IMG/VR virus record: IMGVR_UViG_3300042291_001568
Span: 52,823-116,822 of that record
Direction: 5' to 3' (one strand)
DNA: 64,000 nucleotides
From: a virus
A program made the translations under genes and the position numbers. Of the stretch, positions 27,296 to 35,931 are shown piece by piece; position 1 is the first letter of the stretch, and each line of letters begins with the position of its first letter. The notes under the pieces were generated by a model. It had not been told where the DNA came from. It saw only the letters and a list, made by a program, of their open reading frames with translations, and searched no databases.

Positions 27296-27649
27296 ATGGC
27301 AAGATACAAAGACTTTGGAAGCGGCAGCGACACACCGGCGCCACCGCTGACATTTAAGATCTATGATGAAGAGTTTTCTTGTAGAACAGAAATGCAAGGA
27401 AAAGCGCTTCTTGATTTGGTCGCCAAATCAACAGGAGCCTCGGACAATCCAGGCGAGTCAGCAAAAGTAATTTCAGAGTTTTTTGCTCTTGTTCTTTTGC
27501 CCGAAAGCAATGATCGTTTTAACGCGCTTACTAAAGACCCAGACCGCATTGTCACCGTAGAAACACTTGGTGAAATTGTTGGTTGGCTCGTGGAGCAGTA
27601 TTCTGACCGCCCTACGCAACGGCCAGAGGTTTTGCCGAGTGGGCAATAG
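27296..27649 (+). CDS. Tail assembly chaperone (short form)
   Basis: 117 aa just upstream of the tape measure gene; RIVTVETLGEIVGWLVEQYSDRPT. Confidence 0.75.
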   Translation: MARYKDFGSGSDTPAPPLTFKIYDEEFSCRTEMQGKALLDLVAKSTGASDNPGESAKVISEFFALVLLPESNDRFNALTKDPDRIVTVETLGEIVGWLVEQYSDRPTQRPEVLPSGQ

Positions 27650-28035
27650 ATCTTTGGCCGTACATCAATGGTAAAGCCTTAGTATCTGGCATTAGTCTAG
27701 GAAATCTAGACATGTCAGATATGGTCGATGTTCTCCACTATTTCTTTGAAACGGACTCGACTAGCCTAGTCTCTGGCGAACAGCAAGAAGCGCAGGACTC
27801 TGTGCGTACTGCAATCTACCGCACCTTTTACAATACTGAGTACAAGTACGGGACAAACAAAAATAAAAATAACAATCTATTGCCGCCAGAGTATGACGAA
27901 TTTGAAGACAAAGAATCTCTACCTAACGCATTTGATCCGTTAAAAGGCACAACTAAGAGCTATACCCCAAGTACGTCATTTGATCCCGAGCTGGCTAAGC
28001 CTTTCGGCAGCATACTTGACGAGCCATTAAAATAG
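27607..28035 (+). CDS. Tail assembly chaperone second frame, probably reached by -1 frameshift
   Basis: The -1 frame is stop-free from 27607 and reads ..GFAEWAIDLWPYINGKALVSGISLGNLDMSDMVDVLHYFFE.., protein-like well upstream of the ATG at 27712. No ATG/GTG/TTG in that stretch. Confidence 0.65.
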   Translation, partial: PPYATARGFAEWAIDLWPYINGKALVSGISLGNLDMSDMVDVLHYFFETDSTSLVSGEQQEAQDSVRTAIYRTFYNTEYKYGTNKNKNNNLLPPEYDEFEDKESLPNAFDPLKGTTKSYTPSTSFDPELAKPFGSILDEPLK

Positions 28036-28096
28036 GCATTCTTCTTTTGATTTAGAATAGCTATGAAGCATGACGCTGTGAAAGGAGGAAAATGAC

Positions 28097-31000
28097 GTGG
28101 CCGTTGTCGGTACCGCATATGTAGTTGTTCAAGCAATAACTACAGGCTTTACACAGCAAGTTCAGAACGCACTGCAAGGGCTTAATCAGCAGGGGTCAAC
28201 ATCTGGCAACTCTGTAGGCAAGTCATTTTCTAGAGGCGCAGCATCAGGGCTAAGTAGCGCTGATGATGCAGCGCTTGAACTTTATAAACGTCTCAATTTA
28301 CTAATTGAGAAAAGTTATGTTATGTCAGCGGCTGGCGTTGCATTAGCCCAGGTGTTATCTACAGTAGCCTCGGGTTTAGTAGTTTTAGTAGCGCAGGTTG
28401 GAGCAGCAGCGCCTGCGTTAATAGTTCTCCCAAGCATGTTTACAGCAATAGCGCAGGCTGCTATAACGATGAAAATGGCCTTTAAAGGCATAGGCGCCGC
28501 TGTCGGCAGTATAAATAAAGGCAGTAAAGGCGTAAGTCAAATGCCAGCGCTGCTCGAGGCAGCATCGGCTGCTAAGGACAGGCTCACTAGGGCTAAACGA
28601 TCCGTCATAAAAGCAGGCGAAAGGATAATTGAAGTCTACGACGACGAGCTTGAAAGAATCGAGCAGCTCAAGTTCAGTAGCGAAGGCGCAGCGCTTAGTC
28701 AAAAGAAAGCAGCGATAGAACTAGAAAAAGCAAGAGAGACTCTTGCTCGTGTTCAAGACCTTCCGCCGAACTCTCGCGCGCGCAGGTCTGCTGAACTTGC
28801 ATTTGCTGAAGCTGACTTAAACTATAGACAAGCAGTAGACAGAAACAAAGATCTCTCCAAAGAAGTAGACAAAGTAACGCAAAACGGGACCTTAAACAAA
28901 GACCAGCAAGTCAAAAACAGTAAAGCGTATAAAGACGCAGTAGAGGCTGAAACAGACGCAGTATACGAGAGAGAAAAAGCCCAAGAGGCAAAAAATAAAG
29001 CCGATGCGAAAGTTGCCAGTGGCGGAAGTGGCGGTGGAGCCGACCCGATGGCAGACCTCGGGGAATCAGCAAAAGAATTTGCAAAATATCTTGCAAGTCT
29101 AAAACCACTAATTGACGATCTTAGAGTAAAAATACAAGATACTCTTTTTCCAAAGCTAAAAGATGCAATAGAGATTTTGGTTAAAAGCGGACTATTTGAG
29201 ATACTCAATGAAAAATTAGCAGACACTGGTACTGCTATTGGCAACGCTGCCATAGACTTTGCAAAGCTTTTTAGCAATCCTACAAACCTTAAAAACTTTA
29301 GCGATGTCCTAGACACTAACAACAGATCCATAGGAAAAATGGGAACTGTTATGGGCAACTTGGTGACTAGCTTTATTACGCTTCTAGACGCTGCATCTCC
29401 TTTAATTGACAGATTTACTGACTGGGTAGTCGTTCTTACGGATGGCTGGAAAAAAACGTTAGACGCAAAGAATGCCTCCGGCGACTTGACCACTATGTTC
29501 AACAATGCCGGTGACGTTGCGGCACAGCTTGGCGACATATTTGGAAATCTTTTTGGCGCCATCATGAACATCGGTAAAGCAGCGACTGGTCCCGGCAGCG
29601 GCGGGCAATTGCTCTTCGACTTTTTAGAAGAGGCAACGGCAAAGTTTAAAGAATGGACTGGAGGAGCACTAAAAGACGGAAGTCTTGAGGCGTTCTTTAA
29701 GACTACAACTGAAAACTTTATAAAATTACTAGAAATTATTGGCATAGTAGTTGGCGCAATTTTAAAGACAGGCGATGACCCAGGAGTTAGCAAATTCTTT
29801 GACAGCCTCAAGATAGCAGTTCAAACTCTTGCCGATGCTTTAGGCAAATTGTCAGAAGGCGGTATTGCTGAAGGATTCGGTAAGTTCATCGAAAATATGG
29901 CAGGATTTTTCGCAGCTACAGCAGAGTCCGGCAGCATTAAAACGTATTTTAGCGTACTTAACACCGCGCTTGGTTTGCTTGTTACCATTATGTCTACTCC
30001 AGCCTTCCAAACCTTATTTGGAGTACTCGCGACAGTGCATGGCGCGCGACTAGCTTTTAACAGGTTAGGCAAATCAGTAGACTTTGTCACTGGGTACATG
30101 AAAGGCGCTAAACTTAGCGCTCAGTTGTTTACCGGCAACTTTACCCAGGGCTTCAAGAATGCCTACAACGTCACTGGAAAGTTTTCTACAGCATTAAAGG
30201 CTGGAATTACACAGACTAAGGCGTATGAGAAAGCGCAAAAAATCTTGTGGGACGCCCAAAAGTACGGAAAAATGGCATTTGATGGCGTCAAAGGCGCGTT
30301 GACCAAAATGGGCACTGCTATTAAAACCAGTACAATCTACACAAAACTTGCTGGAGCAGCTACTAAAGTGTGGGCCGGTATCCAAGCCGCGTTTAATGCA
30401 ATCATGGCAGGAAACCCAATAGCTTTGATAATCATAGGAATTATTGCATTGATTGCAATTGTCATAATCATGTATAAAAAGTTTGAATGGTTCCGCGACT
30501 TTGTACACACAGTCTTTGACGCTCTCAAAACTGGGTTTAACGCTGTGTGGGAATTCATTAAAGTAATCGGCGAAAAAATAGGTTCATTTTTTGCAGCAAT
30601 CTGGGGCGGCATTAAAGACGCGTGGGACGCTGTGTGGCCTGTTCTTGTGATTGCGTTTAAGGTAGCCGTAGGCTTATTAATGCTTCCGTTTGTGCTTATG
30701 GGAATAGCTATAGCCGCAATATGGACTGCAATTAAAGTCGCGTTTGATTTAGTATGGCCGCTGATCTGGGGTGCAATTAAGTTTGCTTGGGAAAGCATCA
30801 TTAAGCCAATCTTTGATCTAATGCTATCGCTCTTCACTACAGTATGGAATGGCATTAAGGCAGCATTTAATCTTGTATGGGACGGCATTAAGTTTGCGAT
30901 AGATCTTTACTGGAACTACTACATAAAGCCTATTTTTGACTTGATGCTTACCGTCTTTAAGCTCGCATGGGATGGAATTAAAGCCGCATTTACTTTAGTA

Positions 31001-31576
31001 TGGGACATAATTAAAGCAGCAATCAGCACAGGCTGGGGAATAATTAAGCCAATCTTTGAAGCCTTTGGTAAAATCTTTGGCGCTGTTTGGGACGGTATTA
31101 AGAAAGCATTCCAAACAGCATGGGACTTTATTACAAAAGCCGTTGACGGCGCTAAAACAATATTTAGCGGAATTGGCGATGTAATTATTAAAGCTTTTAA
31201 GTCGGCGATTAACTTTATTATTAGAGCATGGAATGCTATCGAGTTTAAGGTTCCGTCTGTGACATTGTTCGGAAAGACAATTGGCGGATTCACTCTTGGC
31301 CTTCCAGACATTCCAGAACTTGCCGAAGGTGGAGTTATTAGGCCGTCGCAAGGTGGGACACTCGCTCGTATCGGTGAGGCCGGCAGGGCAGAAAGAATTG
31401 AGCCACTCGACGCAAATGGTCTTTCAAAAAGAGACAAAGCTCTCATCACGATGTTGTCTGGTGGCGCTGGTGGAATAAACATCACAGTTAATCCATCACC
31501 AGGCATGGATGAAGTAGAATTAGCATCGTTGGTGTCAAGGCAGCTTGCGTTCCAACTTCGCAGAGGAGCTGCATAG
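28097..31576 (+). CDS. Tape measure protein
   Basis: 1159 aa, GTG 8 nt after AGGAGG. N-terminal AVVGTAYVVV, coiled-coil segment, periodic W/F helical repeats (LVWDGIKAAF-like), C-terminal IPELAEGGVI..GEAG..E.IEPL. Confidence 0.92.
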   Translation: MAVVGTAYVVVQAITTGFTQQVQNALQGLNQQGSTSGNSVGKSFSRGAASGLSSADDAALELYKRLNLLIEKSYVMSAAGVALAQVLSTVASGLVVLVAQVGAAAPALIVLPSMFTAIAQAAITMKMAFKGIGAAVGSINKGSKGVSQMPALLEAASAAKDRLTRAKRSVIKAGERIIEVYDDELERIEQLKFSSEGAALSQKKAAIELEKARETLARVQDLPPNSRARRSAELAFAEADLNYRQAVDRNKDLSKEVDKVTQNGTLNKDQQVKNSKAYKDAVEAETDAVYEREKAQEAKNKADAKVASGGSGGGADPMADLGESAKEFAKYLASLKPLIDDLRVKIQDTLFPKLKDAIEILVKSGLFEILNEKLADTGTAIGNAAIDFAKLFSNPTNLKNFSDVLDTNNRSIGKMGTVMGNLVTSFITLLDAASPLIDRFTDWVVVLTDGWKKTLDAKNASGDLTTMFNNAGDVAAQLGDIFGNLFGAIMNIGKAATGPGSGGQLLFDFLEEATAKFKEWTGGALKDGSLEAFFKTTTENFIKLLEIIGIVVGAILKTGDDPGVSKFFDSLKIAVQTLADALGKLSEGGIAEGFGKFIENMAGFFAATAESGSIKTYFSVLNTALGLLVTIMSTPAFQTLFGVLATVHGARLAFNRLGKSVDFVTGYMKGAKLSAQLFTGNFTQGFKNAYNVTGKFSTALKAGITQTKAYEKAQKILWDAQKYGKMAFDGVKGALTKMGTAIKTSTIYTKLAGAATKVWAGIQAAFNAIMAGNPIALIIIGIIALIAIVIIMYKKFEWFRDFVHTVFDALKTGFNAVWEFIKVIGEKIGSFFAAIWGGIKDAWDAVWPVLVIAFKVAVGLLMLPFVLMGIAIAAIWTAIKVAFDLVWPLIWGAIKFAWESIIKPIFDLMLSLFTTVWNGIKAAFNLVWDGIKFAIDLYWNYYIKPIFDLMLTVFKLAWDGIKAAFTLVWDIIKAAISTGWGIIKPIFEAFGKIFGAVWDGIKKAFQTAWDFITKAVDGAKTIFSGIGDVIIKAFKSAINFIIRAWNAIEFKVPSVTLFGKTIGGFTLGLPDIPELAEGGVIRPSQGGTLARIGEAGRAERIEPLDANGLSKRDKALITMLSGGAGGINITVNPSPGMDEVELASLVSRQLAFQLRRGAA

Positions 31577-31617
31577 ATTATGATTATTTATAACCACACG
31601 GTTGAATGGAGACTACG

Positions 31618-33930
31618 GTGACAACATATTTGATAGACGGCGTGACACAGCTGCCGGAGACTGGGGCCACAGGCTGGGGTACGACGCTTAATGCTGCAAT
31701 TGCTGCCATTGACAGTCGTTTTACATGGGTCAATAATGCCGCAACGATTACTTCAGTCCCTGCAGGCAACCTCACCGGGACTACTCTTCCGGCCACAATT
31801 GTAACATCGAGCCTTACAAGCGTCGGCTCTCTTGCGTCGCTGACCGTGTCTGGAAACGCAACTATAGCAGGACTACTAACTGGCGCTACAACTTTTGCTC
31901 TTGTCAATACGACAGCAACAACTGTCAACTTTGCTGGCGCAGCGACAACGCTCAACATTGGCGCTGGTACCGGAACTACGACTGTGAATAACGCACTTGT
32001 TGTCGCTGGAAACCTTACTGTAAACGGCACTACAACAACAGTCAATAGCACAACGCTTACTGTAGATGATAAAAACATTGTCCTAGCAGATACAGCTTCT
32101 CCCACAGACGTTGGCGCCGACGGCGGTGGCATTACGCTCAAAGGCACAACCGACAAAACACTTAACTGGGTAGATGCAACAGACGCTTGGACTTCATCTG
32201 AGCACTTGAATCTCGCCGCTGGAAAAGCTTTCTATATTAGCGGCTCTGGCGTTCTTAGCTCAACCACACTTGGATCTGGAGTCACTGGTTCTTCACTTAC
32301 CAGCGTCGGAACAATTTCGTCTGGCACGTGGAACGGCACTGTAGTCACTGGTCAATACGGCGGCACAGGTGTTGCAAACACGGGCAAGACAATTACTCTT
32401 GGTGGGAACTTAGTAACGTCAGGTGCGTTTGCTACAACTATCACAGCAACTGCTACAACTAACGTAACTCTTCCAACTACTGGAACTCTTGCTACAACAG
32501 CAGATACGACTTATGTCGGAACAACCGCAGTTACTCTTAGCAGAGCATCTGCTGACCTCGCGCTTACTGGAATTTCGAGTGTCACGCTTCCAGGTTCATC
32601 ATCTGGTACGGCACAAATCGTAGCATCAGCCGCTGCTGGAACTGGCACAGTGATTACTTTGCCTTCTGCATCTGGAACAGTTGTAACGACTGGAGATACT
32701 GGGTCAGTCACAGGCACAATGTTGGCTGGATCTATTGCAGATACGAAGCTTAGCACAATTGCAACGGTTGGAAAAGTAAGTAACTCTGCTACAACAGCAA
32801 CCGACGCGAACACCACCAGCGCAATCGTTGCACGCGATGCGTCAGGTAACTTCGCCGCTGGAACAATTACTGCGGCGCTAACTGGCAATGCATCGACAGC
32901 GACAACCCTTGCCACTGCAAGAACGATCAACGGTGTTTCATTCAACGGTTCCGCTGACATAACAATTGCAGTGGCGAGTATTGATGACATTGGCGACGTA
33001 ACAATTACCAGTGCTACGGCCGGCCAATTCCTTAAGTGGAACGGCACTGCATGGATTAACGACGCAGTTAGCGGTGCTACTGTTGCTACCCTTGACGACA
33101 TCACAGATGTAACAATTACGTCAGTTGCCTCTGGCCAATTCCTCAAGTGGAACGGCACCGTATGGGTAAACGACGCGATTGATTTAGGTACAGACACTAC
33201 AGGTTCATATGTAGCATCATTGGTTGCTGGGACAGGTGTAACGCTCACCAATAACTCAGGTGAAGGCGCTACCCCGACTGTAGCCGTTGATACTACGACA
33301 ATTGCACCTCTGGCTTCACCAACATTCACTGGCACGCCATTAGCGCCAACTGCTGCTGCTGGAACAAATAATACTCAAATTGCAACAACTGCTTATGCAG
33401 ATGCGGCAGTAGCAGCACTTGTGGACTCTGCTCCAGCAACATTGAACACACTTGACGAACTAGCAGCAGCGCTTGGAGATGACACAAACTTTGCTACTAC
33501 AACGGCAACTGCAATTGGATTAAAAGCACCTCTTGCTTCACCGACATTCACTGGCACCGTAACTGGAAGCCCTACCGCTGGAACAACAACAACTGGTGCC
33601 AGCGGTATTGGGTATATGGGACTGCCACAAAACTCCGCAACTACAGGTGCTTATGGAATAGTTGCTGCTGATGCTGGGCTACATATTTATTCAACTGCAA
33701 CTCGCACGGTAACTATTCCTGCCAATGCAACGATTGCAATGCCTATTGGTTCAACTGTTGTGTTTGTTGCTGGAACAGGAGCAACAGTAACAATCGCAAT
33801 TACATCAGACACTATGTATTTGGCTGGTACTGGAGCGACTGGTTCTAGAACTCTTGCGGCATTCGGAGTAGCAACTGCCGTAAAGATAACATCAACATCA
33901 TGGATAATCAGTGGAAATGGATTGACCTAA
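31618..33930 (+). CDS. Tail fibre / Thr-Ala-Gly-rich virion protein
   Basis: GTG 31618 has a GGAG SD (track start 31606). TTTVNSTTLTVDDKNIVL..DGGGITLKG, two DDI.DVTITS..GQFLKWNG repeats (~32980-33180), APLASPTFTG x2. Confidence 0.75.
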   Translation: MTTYLIDGVTQLPETGATGWGTTLNAAIAAIDSRFTWVNNAATITSVPAGNLTGTTLPATIVTSSLTSVGSLASLTVSGNATIAGLLTGATTFALVNTTATTVNFAGAATTLNIGAGTGTTTVNNALVVAGNLTVNGTTTTVNSTTLTVDDKNIVLADTASPTDVGADGGGITLKGTTDKTLNWVDATDAWTSSEHLNLAAGKAFYISGSGVLSSTTLGSGVTGSSLTSVGTISSGTWNGTVVTGQYGGTGVANTGKTITLGGNLVTSGAFATTITATATTNVTLPTTGTLATTADTTYVGTTAVTLSRASADLALTGISSVTLPGSSSGTAQIVASAAAGTGTVITLPSASGTVVTTGDTGSVTGTMLAGSIADTKLSTIATVGKVSNSATTATDANTTSAIVARDASGNFAAGTITAALTGNASTATTLATARTINGVSFNGSADITIAVASIDDIGDVTITSATAGQFLKWNGTAWINDAVSGATVATLDDITDVTITSVASGQFLKWNGTVWVNDAIDLGTDTTGSYVASLVAGTGVTLTNNSGEGATPTVAVDTTTIAPLASPTFTGTPLAPTAAAGTNNTQIATTAYADAAVAALVDSAPATLNTLDELAAALGDDTNFATTTATAIGLKAPLASPTFTGTVTGSPTAGTTTTGASGIGYMGLPQNSATTGAYGIVAADAGLHIYSTATRTVTIPANATIAMPIGSTVVFVAGTGATVTIAITSDTMYLAGTGATGSRTLAAFGVATAVKITSTSWIISGNGLT

Positions 33931-34580
33931 TGGCTGGCGTACTAGGTGGTCTAATTGGAAGCACGAAAGGCAGGACTGTACCAACTGCTCCAACTTCATT
34001 AAGTGCTGCTCCTGGAGTCAATGTTGCTACGATTTCTTTTACTGCACCTTCAAGTGACGGTGGTTCTGCTATCACGAACTACCAATACTCGTTTAACAAC
34101 TCAACTTTTACTGCGCTAAGTCCTGTTGATACAACAAGTCCAGTAAGTATTACTGGTTTAGGTGAAAATACTGCTTACACTCTTTATTTAAGGGCTGTTA
34201 ATGCTAATGGGGTAGGGGATTCTTCAGCAGGAGTATCGTTTACGCAATACAGTAAACCTCAGGCAACCAACCCATTCAGCATGGATGGGTTCATTGTTTA
34301 TGACAACCCTACAATTTTTTATGTTGATATAACCCCTCAAAATTCGGGTGTTACTGTATCAAGTCCTACTATTCAGCGAAGCACGACAGAAAATTTTGCA
34401 TCTGTCACATCTTTTGCCGCAACACCATCTTCTTTTTCAAGCGGATTTTCAAGCACTAGGGTTTCTGCATCAATAACCTTTCCTACCAATTCCATCTATT
34501 ATTGGCTAAGACCAACATTTACTATTGCTGGTGAGACTTTCATTGGCAACAGCAATATCCGAGTTACCGCCGACTACTAA
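33930..34580 (+). CDS. Fibronectin type III domain virion protein
   Basis: ATG overlaps the upstream TAA. PTAPTSL..ISFTAPSSDGGSAITNYQYS..ITGL..TAYTLYLRAVNANGVG is an FN3 pattern. Confidence 0.75.
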   Translation: MAGVLGGLIGSTKGRTVPTAPTSLSAAPGVNVATISFTAPSSDGGSAITNYQYSFNNSTFTALSPVDTTSPVSITGLGENTAYTLYLRAVNANGVGDSSAGVSFTQYSKPQATNPFSMDGFIVYDNPTIFYVDITPQNSGVTVSSPTIQRSTTENFASVTSFAATPSSFSSGFSSTRVSASITFPTNSIYYWLRPTFTIAGETFIGNSNIRVTADY

Positions 34581-34603
34581 TGAAGCAGCAAGGATACTAA
34601 ACA

Positions 34604-34699
34604 ATGACAATTTTAAAGCAATACGATAGCGGTACTTCACAGTGTGCTATCTATTTTGCTATGGTCTACGTAAAGAAAGCTAGACTATGCCTACTTTAG
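34604..34699 (+). pseudogene. Possible 5' remnant of a tail-fibre-like gene (MTILKQYDSGTSQ...)
   Basis: AAGGA SD then ATG. The first 13 codons resemble, from recollection, starts of small phage fibre genes; the rest is non-descript and stops inside the next gene. Confidence 0.3.
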
Positions 34700-35892
34700 C
34701 AACTCCGTACTACGGCACCTCAACATACGGCACTGGTGAGTACCTTGAGGCTGCATCGCTAGGAGTAGAAACCACCGCTGTAGACAACACGCTAAGAGTA
34801 GTTCCAGCGCCACTATTTACCGGGCTAAAGCTACAGGCAGATGTCAAGCTTGGTACTCTGGTGCTAAATACAATTGATGCCAACAACGTAGTGTGGGTAT
34901 GCACTGACATTGAAGGCTGGTGGGTGCATCCAGACCCAGAAGTTCCTGACATTGCTCGTGGTTGGGGAGATGGTTCTTACGATGTTAAAGGCCGATGGCA
35001 AGCTAGGCAACTGACGCTTTCAGGTGTTTTTCTTACACCAGACGGTGACAGTGTTGCTGCTGCTCGTAATACACTAATTTCAGCAACAAGCCTTGTACAC
35101 ACTGGCGCATGGCTAGTTGTGAACGAAGATCCACCACGTGCTTCATACGTTCGTCTTAGCGGACGGCCAGACATTACTACGGTTAATCCGCGTGGGCGTA
35201 CTGAATTCTCAATAGGCTTGCGAGCTGCTGACCCAATCAAGTACGAATGGATTGATGCAAATGAAGAAGGATACTCGCTGACTACTGTCTTGTGCAAAAG
35301 CGCATCGCCCGCCAGAACAGGTACTACTACAATTACTAATGTCGGCAACACTGCGGTATCGGCAGTCTTTGAAGTTACAGGGCCAATTACTGGCCCGGCT
35401 ACTATTTACAATCAAACTACTGATGAGTTGCTTATTATTGCTGATAGCCTTCGTGCTGGTGTAAGCAAGGCAACTACGTTTAGATCGCTTACAAGCAACG
35501 TCGCGACACTTACTACTTCAACAACTCACGGCTTATCTGCTGGCGACATTGTTACTGTAGCTGGGATAGATAGCACATTCAATGGCGAGCACGAAGTATT
35601 GAGTGTTCCGACGACAACAACCTTTACGTATGCTAAGACCGCTACAAACGTTGCAAACACATCAACCACGAGCGGAACAGTGGTCCGCGATACAGACGTT
35701 CTAGAAGTAGATACGTACGATCACGAGGTGGCTCTTAACGGAATAGTAGCTGGCAACCGTTCAATGGTTGACACTCTTGTTGACTGGATACGCTTGGACC
35801 CAGGCGCTAACGTTTTACAATTTACAGATGAGGGTAACGCAAATAGCACAGCATCATTGTCTGTATACTATCGCTCTGGCTGGATAGGTTAA
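34687..35892 (+). CDS. Distal tail (Dit)-like minor tail protein with inserted beta-domain
   Basis: TDIEGWW..ARGWGDGSY..ARQLTLSG..FSIGLRAADPIKY..ITNVGN..ITGP..LDPGANVLQF; insert ~35464-35692. Confidence 0.75.
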   Translation: MPTLATPYYGTSTYGTGEYLEAASLGVETTAVDNTLRVVPAPLFTGLKLQADVKLGTLVLNTIDANNVVWVCTDIEGWWVHPDPEVPDIARGWGDGSYDVKGRWQARQLTLSGVFLTPDGDSVAAARNTLISATSLVHTGAWLVVNEDPPRASYVRLSGRPDITTVNPRGRTEFSIGLRAADPIKYEWIDANEEGYSLTTVLCKSASPARTGTTTITNVGNTAVSAVFEVTGPITGPATIYNQTTDELLIIADSLRAGVSKATTFRSLTSNVATLTTSTTHGLSAGDIVTVAGIDSTFNGEHEVLSVPTTTTFTYAKTATNVANTSTTSGTVVRDTDVLEVDTYDHEVALNGIVAGNRSMVDTLVDWIRLDPGANVLQFTDEGNANSTASLSVYYRSGWIG

Positions 35893-35931
35893 GTTTATGC
35901 CAGAGCACGACGCAAAACGGAGAAGACACAA

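Noticed and set aside
28092-28124. ATG at 28092 as tape measure start, or a regulatory uORF
   Set aside because: Only 3 nt from the SD and out of frame (10 codons); the GTG at 28097 has optimal spacing.
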